Source: Vicugna vicugna
Lineage: Eukaryota
DNA: 64,000 nt
Direction: 5' to 3'
Assembly: GCA_013265495.1 (NCBI GenBank)
Contig: MU058844.1
Coordinates: 9,630,184-9,694,183 of the forward strand
Of the stretch, positions 1 to 11,609 are shown one piece after another (the first letter of the stretch is position 1; each line of letters starts with the position of its first letter). The notes below the pieces were generated by a model. The model saw only the letters and a program-made list of their open reading frames with translations. It had not been told where the DNA came from and did not search any database. Position numbers and translations under genes: made by a program.

Positions 1-759
1 ATAGAGATACTGGTTTTATCTACTCAGGATCACCATTAATGATACCTGTAAAACTCAGTTTCTAGTATAAAATAAGTGCTTAATAAATGTCCCTTTTTAA
101 ACATCATTCAGGGTCAACATTTTCTTTACCGTAAAATCCCATTCATTATAAGATGTTCAATTTGAAACGTTTTGAGGAAAGATAGGCGTGGACTATAAAA
201 CTCAGACTGATTTCCTGGATTACAGTGTGGAAAATCATGCTTCTTGAGGAAATACGCTGTTGTTTCTATCGCTATTACTATTATTTTTGCAATTCCTTCT
301 TGTGTTACATTCTAGACAAACTCAGTCAGTTGCTTTGAGGGAAAAGAAGGAATCAAGAATGATTCTAAAACTGTTGGCGTGCTTACTTGTGCCTGTGGTG
401 CCACAACATGAAATAGGATATGCAGGAGAAAAAGATGAGTTTAATTTCACCCATGTTAAGATTGCCGTCAAGGGGGCAAACTCAGCTGGTCACTGAAAAT
501 ATGCATGGCCTTCTGAGTAAAACTCAGCAGAATACTATTTGAAGAATGTTTTAATGTGGTTCTTTCAGTTACACATCCACTCAGGCTGGCTCATATATAG
601 GATTCATGAAGAGTAGTGAGGAAATCCTGCGGGCCTATGGGCACCCGAGCAGGAGGATATATTTGGCATCAAGATAATTCCGAAGATCCCTGCTTTAAGC
701 ACTTATGAGTCTTCATCCTAAGTCTCAATTACTGTACTTTCTTTTATCATCATATTTTG

Positions 760-960
760 AGTATTTGTTATGTGTTAGGCCCTAAGCTAAGTATTTCATT
801 TGCTTTATGTCATGTGATTATCACAGAAAGTCTTGTGATGTATTCTATTATTATCCACATTTATAAGTGAGAAAATAACTTTTGAGAATCTGAGTAACTT
901 ACCCAAGTGCCTGCAGCTAATTAGTGATGAGTTAGTGGGACTCAGTTTCACTCCTGTCCA
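760..960. mobile_element. MIR SINE
   Basis: MIR core-like text (attattatccacattt...gagaaaa...gagtaacttacccaag...cagctaattagtg). Further MIR fragments at about 19770-19980, 24190-24380, 47060-47260, 51600-51800, 57510-57660, 61250-61380 and 63060-63280. Confidence 0.6.
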
Positions 961-1649
961 GGGCCCCATATCTGCTACGAATAGCGGGGCCACAGTGGCC
1001 ACTGTGCTGTCTTCTGTGTCTGAATCTGCCCTGTCTGCGCGTTTGCTGCTTTGGTTTACTTAACTCGTATCCTTCCACAGTTCCAGCCTGTGTGTGGCCT
1101 GTCATCCTCTCTCCTGTCCCGTCAACAGCATGACCTTTTTTCTCTATTTTTAAGTCTGAACTTATGATAGTAAGCATCTGCTTCTTTCCATGCAATATTG
1201 AGATCAGGCTTCGCAGTTCATGAATGTTGGTCAGTCTGTTGATTGGTTGCCCTCACATCACACACCCATCCCTAACTGGTTAACAGTTGCTCAAAAGGCC
1301 AACCAGGCCCATCAGAGGATGCCTGTGGAGCAGCTTCCCTTAGGAGAGCTATGACGGAAGCAATGGGAGAAGCATCTCTGTCCTAGGAGAGAGGTAGGGA
1401 GTGAACCTATGGAAGTAGGCGAGGTCCACAGGAACCTGAAAAGGGAAGATGACACAACAGAAGCCTAACAAATAAATATATAAAGATTAACCAGAATAAA
1501 GAAAGTCAGTACAAGAAATTAACAGAAAGAAAAAAATGAAGAGAACAGTAGAAAAACAGAAAATGGTGTCAAGGAATTCTTTGAAAAAGAGAGTTTGGAA
1601 AATAAGGATACAACAACAGAAGCTTCCGCAGTATCACTTTTCACACAGT

Positions 1650-3250
1650 CCAGAGGACACAGAGTTGAGCAGGAACCAGTCCCTGCTCTCAGGGTGCAGG
1701 AAGCAAATGTTAGTAATCACGCAAATCAATGCACAGTCGCATTTGTGAGACATGCTATAGAAAAGAGGTATATGGTATTTTTAGATGATAGAATAAGAGG
1801 ACTTGACACTGTGAAAGAGTTCGAGAAAAACTTGCCTTTGAATTGAAGCTGGAGCTGAGATCTCAAAGGAGTGGAAATCAACTGGGAGAAATGGAAGAGG
1901 GAAGAGCATGGCATACAGACAGAATGTGTAAAGGTCCACTGGCAAGAGGGGATGTAGTGACTGATAAAAGTCCCTTATGTGGCTGGAGTGGAGAGAGGAG
2001 AGACGTGGCCAGAAAGAGGTAATGCTAGAGAAGGACAGAAGAGGTGGACATACAGAAACGTGAGGGTCATGGTAATGAGTTTATTTGGTTAATACCCTGT
2101 GTGCAGTAAGCTGGTGGTGGGGGATGGAGTGACTGACATGATCAGATAAATAATTCTGAGATGGTTGCTCTGGCTGCAATATGTAGGAAAGGTCAAAGAA
2201 TGGAGTTACGCAAGATTCTTTCTGTTTCAGTTAGCAGAATTCCCACTCACACTGGTTTAAGAAAGAAGATCTTTGTTGGCACCAGACTTGTAAAACGTGG
2301 TCAAGAGCAGATATTCAGGCATTTTGGGATCCAGGTGCTTAATAATATTTTCAGGGGAAAATCACTCTGCGTCACAGGTCTGACTTCTACTGTGTTGGCT
2401 TTATTTTTAGGCAAGATCTCCTCTCCTGGGAATGAAATGGCAGCTGGCAGCCTAGCGTAAAAAATCGCTTATATTATTACCCCAGCAGAAAGAGAAATTC
2501 TTCCCTATAGTTCCAGCTAATGTCCCAGGACTGACACTTACTGAACAACGTGGTCACATGTCCATCCATGAAGCAATTACTCTGACCAAGGAAGAGGACA
2601 TGGTCAAGCCTGAATGACTTGTCCATTTCTAGAAGTACAGTCAATCCCACCTGAACCACATGGCTTGAGAAAAGGAAAGGGACAGTCCCCAAAGAAAAAC
2701 TTGGATGCTGTCTCCAGTAATGGGAGATCCAGGAAGGTTATGGGGGCCAGGTTAAGAAGGTCTTAATGATACTCTTGGATAGAGGTCACCATATTTGGAT
2801 TGAGGGCAGAGATTTGAGAGATATTTAAGGAAAATAAATCTAGGATTTTGTAATGAATTGGACAGGAGGTAAGGGAGATCAAACTATCAGGAGTATGTCT
2901 TAAGTTTCATGTTTGAGTAACTGGTGACATCATTCATTGAGAGAGTCAACACTGAAAGGGTGCTAGGTTAAGAGGTAGGGATACAGGCAGAACATCATGA
3001 GCTTAATTTGTAACATATTTACTTGGAGGCACCATTGAGACATTCAAGAGATGTTAAGAACCTAAAGATCAGTTGTGTACATTGTTGGATAAACAGATAT
3101 TAAAATCAGGAAAGATATCTGGGCTGGAGGTGTAATCTTGCCCAGGGCTAGAACAGTCTACTGCTTTGTAATGACCATGGATAGTGACAGAGGCAGAGGC
3201 AGATTTTAGTCAGTGAAATGGGTGAAAGATAAGGAAATAGAGACCACAAT
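1650..3250 (-). mobile_element. L2 LINE fragments interrupted by an MLT-like LTR (about 2218-2720)
   Basis: L2-like text (gtccctgctctcagg, gagctgagatctcaaagga, ctctggctgca, gagatatttaagg, tctgggctggag); inner segment begins tttcagttagcagaattcccactcacactggtttaag, typical of MaLR LTRs. Confidence 0.6.
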
Positions 3251-3261
3251 TTTGTACCAGT

Positions 3262-3480
3262 CATTATGGCAGATTAAATATGGCTACAGATTCATTACTA
3301 TTTCTTCCATTGAAAAGTGACATTTAATTTGCTTCTCAGGGATCCTGGGTTGCCTTTAGTAACTTGCTTGACCAGAAGAATGCGGTAGACATGATGTTCT
3401 AGGACTTTTTGTGCTAGGTCCATACGTAAGGAGCCTTGTGATTTCTGCCTGAGCATCCTGGAGCATGTGCTGTGAAGAGG
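3262..3480 (+). mobile_element. MLT1 (MaLR) LTR fragment
   Basis: tatggcagattaaatatggctacagattc...ttgaccagaagaatgcggtagacatgatg...gctaggtc resembles MLT1G/H 5' ends. Confidence 0.6.
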
Positions 3481-6335
3481 CCCAAATAGCCCAAATAGAG
3501 TGTTCTTGCTAAAATTATTAAGCTCCTTAAGCCTCTATTTCCTTATTTGCATAATAATACACACAACAATTTTTAGTAGTTGCTTTATCATTAGTGTTCA
3601 CTTAATCTGTAATAAAGTGAATTAAGTAGCATTAAAGAAGATAAGATTTGGCTTGTTTTTCCCTTTACAAAGAATTCTTTTTGTAAGGTATTAGCACTAT
3701 AACAGTTTTAGTGGTAACTATTTATAATGATATCATAAGCTGTCCTTTACTCCATTTTACAATCTGGCAAGGAAAATTTAAAAGAGAGCAATACATTAAT
3801 AATTTTAGACCCAGTTTAGACTTTGGATTAAATTCTAGATCCTTTTCTCAGCAACTGTATTATTTTAAACAATTAAATCATTAGTCAATTAACATCAAAC
3901 CAGAATTCTTAAAGAAATAAATTAGATGGTCTGTGCTTTTTGAAATAGTGTGGGAACATTCAGAGGTGATATTTTCAGGGGCCCTTTGCCATCTGAGCAG
4001 GGCTTTTCTGAGCTGGTGCTCTAATACCACTCCCAGAAATACCATCTCTGAAAGTCAGGGAATTCAACTGCTTCTTTAACCTAGTAACTGTTACAACCTC
4101 AAAGAGAGAATTTCAGGAAACACCACTCTCAGATTAGGTATTTAATGGAATATTTAAGATGGAATGCCATCTTAAAGAAGATCTTACGGCTATGATATAA
4201 GCGATAATTTTATCTGACTTACATTTTTCAAATGAGAAAAACAATAGGAGCAATCAAGACACCTATATAGCAGCTTGCTTCCAAGTGGTACTTCTCAATT
4301 TCCATAACCTCACTGGACGTAGTTTTCCTGTGTAACCCAGTGGACTTATATTTCCCAGGCGTGAGGAGAAAGGAGTCTCTTTGGACTCTTAGTTCCTGAG
4401 AACCTCCTCCCCATCAAGTTGCAGATGGGAAAGGGAACATTTTCCTTGTTTTCCTGTAAATTGACTGGTAGTGACATGTTTGGATTCCACCAGCAGAGAT
4501 GGGTCTGATAAAAGCTTAGTGGCAGCCCGGTTGTTCAGTCCACGGGATTTATAGATGGCAAAATCCTGTCCTTACTTGAATATTTTTCCAGTATCACCCC
4601 TTCTCCACTCCCCTGTCCTACTTTCCTGAAGTAGGGAAGGCTTTTCTGTGTCTGGACTACTGTAACCAATTCCCAAAGGCCCTTGTCAAAAAAGTGTGTA
4701 TGACTGCATGTGATGCGTTGTGCTGAGCTCTTTACTGAATAGACGCTAGCCTTCAATTTAGTCCGTTGGAAATGAGATTAATTGAGCAAGGTGTCATAGA
4801 GAGTACTGTCTTTAATTATGCATTAATCACATCTGTATTAAATCCAGAGCTAAATAAAACTCTAAATATTTTGAAGCATTATAATAGTAACAGAATATCA
4901 AATTCACTTGCAAGGATAGGATTAACTGGGGTTTGGTAATAAAATTAATATTTATTCACTTGAATTAAAAAATCACATTATATTCTGCTTATTTTGATTA
5001 AATGGAATAGCATATGCTAATGTGTTTTAACATTGAGCTTTAAAAAAACAAACAATATTCTCATAGTTCCCTTTATTTTAATTCTACTAAGAACAACAAA
5101 TTTCCAACTTCTTCATGGGAGACAGTGTCTAAGAAAAGTGAATCACTCAAACTGAAGTTGAAATTATATTGACTCTTTATAATGCCCTCTTGAATTCTCT
5201 TACCTTCAAATCCTCACTGTCAGATCATGGATAAGACTAACCTGTGTGCTGACAGTCAGCATCCCGTATGAGGGCATGATGCTAAAAGTGACAGTGGCTA
5301 CAATATTTTTTGAACCCAGCCCCTCTTCTCTCCCTTCCTTTGTGGAATAACGTCTATTCTTGTAAGCCTGATGACTGGTTTGTCTGGAAAGAAGGGGAAA
5401 CCTTCCTGAGAATGGCGTGATTGCCAGGCTCTAGCCAAGAATCCATATGCTTTGGCTGGTGAATATATGTAACTACAAACCATTAGACATTTTGAATTAA
5501 TGTACAAATGAGAGGATAAGACAATTATCTTTATTTGCTCTCTGTGAACAGCTACTGTAGATGCTTCAAGGATATTTCCTTTTTCTCTCTCTCAGTGGTA
5601 ACCTTGTGAGAATTATCCCAGTGATTGGCTACCTAATTTTCCAATTAATTGTTTGATTTTCATCTCAATTTATTCTAAAAGAAATTTAAATGATGAACAA
5701 TAAAGGGTACATGTTCATCACACAACACATGCATAAAATACAATTAATAAAATGAAAAAGGCTGTGAAAAAGAGAAAGGCAATTGCAGTCTGCTTCACTT
5801 TACTACAGTTTGTGTAAATTTTCGTATGCCAGCATTTTAATAATACAAAAAAAATTAGCTCAGTACCTTTAAATATTTTATTGACTATATTAATATATTA
5901 ATGTATCAAGATGTTTTCAGGCAAGTAAATAAATATGACCTAATACATGATTTCTAATGTACTGTAGGTATTAAAATGATGTAATGTTGTACATTCTTTT
6001 TGTTTAAAAATATGTTATTGTCCTGAATATCTTCTATCTTTTCTCCACAGAGACACACACTTTGATATTACATGGTACAACACTAAGATAAAGGAAAAAT
6101 TGTAGTTAACAGGCTCCCTTGAAATATACTCAAAATAGAAATATGGTATTTTCATCTGTGACACCAACAGGACCTAAACTGAGCCCATGAAATGATAAAT
6201 ACTCAGATTCATCTATAAAACCAACTGTTTCAGTATTTTCAGCTCCATCCTAAAGATTCCGTATCAGTGACTGTCGATTCTATTGAGGGTTCTTTCACAA
6301 AATCATAAACCAAAATATTTCTTCATTGAAACAAT

Positions 6336-6341
6336 TTTATT
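6336..6341 (-). terminator. Candidate MYF5 polyadenylation signal AATAAA
   Basis: tttatt on + strand, about 600 nt after the stop in an AU-rich 3'UTR; alternative AATAAA at about 6472-6477 and 5877-5882. Confidence 0.55.
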
Positions 6342-6795
6342 TATGGTGGAATTTCCAAAATCTCTTGTATCTTGAAATCATCCACAAAGTACTATTTTGT
6401 GCTTACATTAAAAAGATGCATTTTTATAAGAAAAGATCAAAATATATATCATTAGGCAATATTGTTATAGTTTTATTTAACACAATATAACCAGAGGATT
6501 AAAGAAAAAAGCAAACATTAACTGTATTTAAATTCCCTATAACTGATTTCCAGCTTTCTAATGTTTTAGAGAAAATATAAGGATTTAAACATCAGAGATA
6601 ATATTTTGATAAGCAATATTTATAAAAAATATAAGTTAAGTATTGCAACAAGCTACCTGTGATGAATTGCCCCCTATAAGAAATAATACTATTGGAACTA
6701 CATATCTAAAGCAAAGACAAAAGAAACAAAGAAGAAAAGAAATAAAGTATTAATTGCAATAGTGACTTTTTAGTTAAATACACTTTCTTATAAAG

Positions 6796-6803
6796 TGGCA
6801 AGA
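6796..6803 (-). promoter_or_regulatory. miR-31-5p 8mer target site (UCUUGCCA) in MYF5 3'UTR
   Basis: + strand tggcaaga = mRNA UCUUGCCA, complement of miR-31 seed GGCAAGA plus A1. miR-31 repression of Myf5 through its 3'UTR is established in mouse. Confidence 0.85.
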
Positions 6804-6933
6804 TAATATTTACAAATTTACAATTGAGAGGAAATGCTTATGTACAGGTTGTCTTGCTTTTGGACTCTTGGGGCCTTCTTCCTCCTGTGTCATAGGCCCT
6901 CCTGGTGGAACTCATCTAGGCTAGATTTTTAGT

Positions 6934-7124
6934 TCATAGCACATGATAGATGAGCCTGGAACTAGAAGCCCCTGGAGTTGCAGGCTGAGAATCGGTGCTG
7001 GCAACTGGGGAGAGAGAGGCCGGGTCCTGGAGAGGCAATCCAGGCTGCTCTGAGTTGGTGATCCGATCCACTATGCTGGATAAGCAATCCAAGCTGGATA
7101 AGGAGCTTTTATCTGTGGCATATA
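6934..7124 (-). CDS. MYF5: MYF5 coding exon 3 (helix III, stop)
   Basis: Acceptor ccttag, then (V)[65 protein letters not shown]; 191 nt; contains the [15 protein letters not shown] motif. Confidence 0.98.
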
Positions 7125-7544
7125 CTAAGGATACAAGGAGAAAACCATTAAAAAAAATCCCCCAATAGAGCGACTTGCTTATGTTGCCCCTTAAAATTGT
7201 AGGTCAGCATCTTTGAAACCCAGAGGTCAGGTGGTCACAGAAAGCCTGATATAGAAATTTGCAACAAGTATGTAGCAGTTCATGAGGATGAAGGTGGGGA
7301 GTGGAGAAACACCCTGGTAATGTTTCTAGCAAAAGCACTTATGTCAATGTGTGTGCATGGGTGTATCCATTAGGGAATTTTGAGCAGAAGATATGTGTTT
7401 ATTTTGCTCTGCCAAAATCTCCCCATAAAAACCATCACTTCTATTCTCTTTCCGATACTGCCTGACAGAATAGACCCTGCTTTGATAGGCTGAATTGTGA
7501 AGCTTAACTAGTCTTTAAACTCCTCTGAAGTCATCAATTCTTAC

Positions 7545-7620
7545 CATTTGGTACATCAGGACAGTAGACGCTGTCAAAACTGCTGCTCTTTCTGGACCAG
7601 ATAGGGCTGTTACATTCGGG
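7545..7620 (-). CDS. MYF5: MYF5 coding exon 2
   Basis: Acceptor ttgattatag, then PECNSPIWSRKSSSFDSVYCPDVPN+G, then donor gtaaga; 76 nt, phases 0/1 fit the flanking exons. Confidence 0.97.
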
Positions 7621-8467
7621 CTATAATCAAAGACACAAAAGAAGACGTTTGTGTTAAGGTCTTGGCCAAAGATGCCCTGACTTAGGGTAAGGCTGTTTTT
7701 ACCCATGAGCTCCGTAAATTGGCCACTCTCAATCACCCTCAGTGCTTGATTTAGGAAGGGCTAGCCCTCACCAAATTGCAAGGGCACTGAGGTCAATCTC
7801 TGCGCTTGGAGAAGAGGAGAGAGCAGCAAAAGGAAGAGGGGGGTGGAGTTCAGCAGCAATGTGCATTGGGTTAACCATGCAAAATGGATTGGAGTAGAAG
7901 GAAGCCACACTAATTCAGAGAGAGAACACTTTCCCAGGGCAAAAACACATTAAAACCTGGCAGCGTTGAAGCAAACACTCTCTGAAAAGAATGCATCAAC
8001 ATCTTCCAGCCAGGCCTCAGCAGAACAGGGACTGACTGGGGCCATGCGGGTGTTTCTTTACATTTCTTCATTAAACTACAAACTTTGGGACAGTGGGAGC
8101 CTCAGACAGTTGCCTGTAGATGTTAGTGTATTACAGGGTCCACTGGTGGTATATATTGGAAATAAACTGATTAATGGAGAAAACATCTCATTGATCATTC
8201 ATAGCCACCTATCTTATATGACAACCCCCTCCTACAGTGTACACCTAGAACTTGGTCGGAAGTCAAATTAAAGCCTATTCAGCAGCTTTGTTCCTGGCAT
8301 CTGTCTAAACGTGGCACCTGTCTTTTACAGCAACTGCCTCCCTCCCTCACACACCTAACTATTCGCCAATAACCACTGAATATTTGGTTGCTATACCCGG
8401 CTTAAATGAGATGTAAAGATTTTTGGAAAAACTTTGGAGGGCCCAGTAGGTACAGAGTATCTCTTAC

Positions 8468-8968
8468 CATGCCATCAGAGCAGCTGGAGGTGGGGCTCGT
8501 GGGCTCGGAGCAGCTCTGCCCCGGCAGGCTGTAATAGTTTTCCACCTGCTCCCTCAACAGCTCCTGCAGGCTCTCAATGTAGCGGATGGCATTCCTGAGG
8601 ATCTCCACCTTGGGCAGCCTCTGGTTGGGGTTGGTCGTGGTGCATCTCTTGAGCGTCTCGAAAGCCTGGTTGACCTTCTTCAGGCGTCTTCGCTCGCGCA
8701 TGGTGGCCGCCTTCCGCCGATCCATGGTGGTGGACTTCCTCTTGCATGCTTTGCAGGCCCACATGAGGCAGTGGCCGGCCTGGTGGTGGCCCATAGGTGC
8801 TCTCACGTGCTCATCCTCGTCTGAGCCCTGCAAGTCTGCTTTGTGCGCCCCGAAGGCAGCCACTCGCGGCTCAAACTCGTCCCCGAACTCGCCCTCGGGG
8901 GACGGGATGCAGGAGCCGTCGTAGAAGTACTCAGAAGGCGAGAACTGGCAGCCGTCCATCATGTCCAT
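8468..8968 (-). CDS. MYF5: Myogenic factor 5, coding exon 1 (N-terminus, basic domain, bHLH)
   Basis: [20 protein letters not shown]...[72 protein letters not shown]...SDGM, followed by donor GTAAGA; 501 nt. Full CDS = complement(join(6934..7124,7545..7620,8468..8968)) = 768 nt, 255 aa. Confidence 0.99.
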
Positions 8969-9380
8969 CTTCTGTGGAGGGACAGCCGGTGCACCTGGAC
9001 AGCAGCGAGATAGATAGGGGAGAAACCGGAGCCTGGCGCCGCTGCGGGCAGGCAAACCCCGGGCGGAGCTCCCAGGTCGGTTGCTCCGGTAATTAGCAAG
9101 GGCAGACGCCTGGCGGCCTGGGTCGGCCGCGCTGGGGTTGGGGCTCTTTATATATTCTTGGGGGAGGGAGGCCAGCCCCAGTGGCCCGGCACTATTAGCA
9201 TATCCCACTGCAACCCCCCCCTCGAGGTTGGGCAAACCTCCGCCTTTCCTCTAGAGACAATTTGCTGTTTACTGCCCCTTTTGACGCTAATGGTTTTACT
9301 GCATTTCTGCTGGGGCGGGGGTGATGGCTCCCCAACCCGCTTACCAGCGTTCTCTAGATTACCCAAACCCGGGGACGCTT
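8500..9380. promoter_or_regulatory. CpG island over MYF5 exon 1 and promoter
   Basis: Visibly GC- and CpG-dense compared with the AT-rich flanks; boundaries approximate. Confidence 0.8.
9147..9154 (-). promoter_or_regulatory. MYF5 TATA box (TATATAAA)
   Basis: AATATATAAAGAG on the minus strand, about 180 nt upstream of the ATG; octamer-like ATGCTAAT at 9194-9201 and FOX core TGTTTAC at 9266-9272 nearby. Confidence 0.85.
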
Positions 9381-11425
9381 AAAGAGTGTCTCAGATAAAA
9401 GCAAAGAAAGAACTCCAACTTTTTACAATTGTTCTCACATTAAAAAAGATAATTAGTAAATAGAACCCCCCAATTTCAGCTGACACCAAAAGCTGCCCTG
9501 CCTTCCCAATCCGGGACACGAGGGGTCACTTTATTTTTACGTGTTTCTCTTTTTTGTGAACTTTAATTATGTCAGGAATTTTTTCCGCCAGTGGGCCGGA
9601 TTAACAGTTGCTAAAAACTTGAAGCGGCACTTTCAATAATGGAGTATATGTAAATTTTTTAAAAAATCGATTTTGTTCTCATCAGATTGCCATTTTGTAG
9701 GCTCTGTGTTACTGGGGGTAAGCAGGGAGGTTCATTTTCCCCAAGACCGAGCTTGCTCTGAGCTCTCTCTCTTTGTACACCCACAAGGCATGGGCACAGG
9801 AGGGCCAGGTGACCAGGAACATTCCTCCCTCTCTTTCCTGCTCCTGGTTGGCTTTACTGAGCGCCTGTCCCTTTGCACGAGACCTTTGATGGGCCCTGAG
9901 AAAGTGGAGGGTCTGTGCTGACTGCGTCTGTAAGATTTGTATCCTAAGAAACCCAGCTTTAGATGGCGAACTCCCGTTCCAGGGGTACGGCTCCTCGCTC
10001 CTTCTCTTTCTGCTCTGCCCTGTCATCTCGACAGACTAAACAGCCAAGCTGGGCTTTGGGGTCGCTAATTTTCTGCTTTCAGGCGAACTAACACCGTTAC
10101 AGATGCGTCCCAGCTGCCGACACAGCAGTCCTTGTCGGCTCGTGTAAAATTTCCAACTCCTCCAACCCGAGTAACTTCACACACTTGGGCAACTAAAGCC
10201 TTCCACAAAGGCGATCACAGCGGGATCTTTAAACTTTGGTGGCTAGAAGGCGAGAGGGGAGGGCTGCCAGTTAAGTGACAATGAACCTATTAATCAGCTT
10301 TTGTCAATCCTCCTCCACCCTTACTTAACCCACTACCAAATCACTAGGAGGCGGGGGATGGAGGAGGCTTGCTGTTTACATGTAGGAAAAACTGTTACTT
10401 CATGTTTACACAAATAGACCTAAGTATTGTGGAGTTTCGGACTAGTGCTTCCAGCTGCATTGAAAGAGGAGGGAGAGTTCTCACCTCAATCTGCTGTCAC
10501 ACGGTCTGGGAACTGCTGTGACTCAGAACTTACTGAGCCTAAGGGAGCTTTCTTTTCTGTTAGTTTTTCCTACAATTATTTTCGGAAAGCAACCCTGGCA
10601 GGTAGATCCCTGGTTTGCAGAGGCCAGAGAAATATTAACTCTTTCAGGGTGAAATCTGCTTTCCAAAGTGAAGGCTCCAGAAACCAGTGATGGGAGAGTG
10701 TCAGTCACTAGGGTTTGCTACAGATATGCTTATCATTGTCCCCTCTCCCAAGTTCTGTCATCCCTCAGGCAAAGACACTACCACCACCACCATCACCACA
10801 CATCCCTCGAAAATCAGACTCCCTTTCATACCAGTGGGCTGCTTAATTGGCCAGTGGGAAACTCATCTGCACCTTATTAGCAAGTGGATGCCTTTGAAAT
10901 GAATACTTACCCAGGGCTACACCAGATAAAAGAATTGAGTTCCTAAAGGACCCACACAGGCAGATGGAAACATTCCGAAGCCTACACACTGCTACCTCTG
11001 AAACACAGTAGTGGGTAGACATTCCCATCTAGGAATTCTCAGCCAAGTCCCACAGGTTCTGGTCAACAGCAATAGTACCACTTTCTTTGGCTGTGGAGTT
11101 CAGATGTTTACACGCTGGCCAAAGCTGAAACAGAGTTGTATGCAGACTTCAGATTTGGGCACAAATAAACTTGCTCCTTCAAGCTGAAGTGGAGGACAGA
11201 GGCTATGCTTCTGCTTGCCTTTCAGCTGGTTTCTTCCCACCAGGCACCTAATGTGCCTTTTCCCCCAACTACTCAGCATGGGATATTTGTAGCAAGCAAT
11301 TAAAATGAGTTTTCTCCTTGCCCAGAACTGTTCTCAACTCTTTCTGTGAATTCACTCACTTACGACTTTGACTTCTAACAATTCTCTGGCAACTGTAACT
11401 GGACCTATAATTAAAAGAAGGTAAT

Positions 11426-11591
11426 GGGGGGGGTATAGCTCAGTGGTGGAGTGTGTGCTTAGCATGGACGAGGTCCTGGGTTCAATCCCCAGTACCTCCA
11501 TTAAAATGAATAAGTAAAATAAGTAAGCCTAATGAACCCCCCCCCCGCCCCAGAACAACAGCAACAAAAGATAAGCAAATAATATGTTTTT
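11426..11591 (+). mobile_element. tRNA(Ala)-derived SINE, camelid Vic-1-like, with 15-bp TSD
   Basis: GGGGGGGGTATAGCTCAGTGGTGGAG (A box)...GGTTCAATCCCC (B box), then an A-rich tail; flanked by a perfect TTAAAAGAAGGTAAT direct repeat (11411-11425 and 11592-11606) with a TT/AAAA L1 endonuclease site. Confidence 0.9.
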
Positions 11592-11609
11592 TTAAAAGAA
11601 GGTAATCGA

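Noticed and set aside
8586..8924. Plus-strand ORF resembling the plus-strand ORF at 18289-18666
   Set aside because: Both are antisense shadows of the conserved bHLH codons of MYF5 and MYF6.
8969..9235. 89-codon in-frame N-terminal extension of MYF5 in the ORF track (277 aa)
   Set aside because: It starts at a non-ATG codon upstream of the TATA box, so it is not in the mRNA; an open frame in a GC-rich 5'UTR is expected. The ORF tail 8402-8467 is intron read-through.
10668..10880. ORF with a poly-His stretch
   Set aside because: It comes from a short (CAC)n low-complexity repeat; no other coding evidence.
11426..11500. Possible tRNA-Ala gene
   Set aside because: It has a SINE tail and a 15-bp TSD, the acceptor stem is imperfect, and no T-run terminator directly follows.
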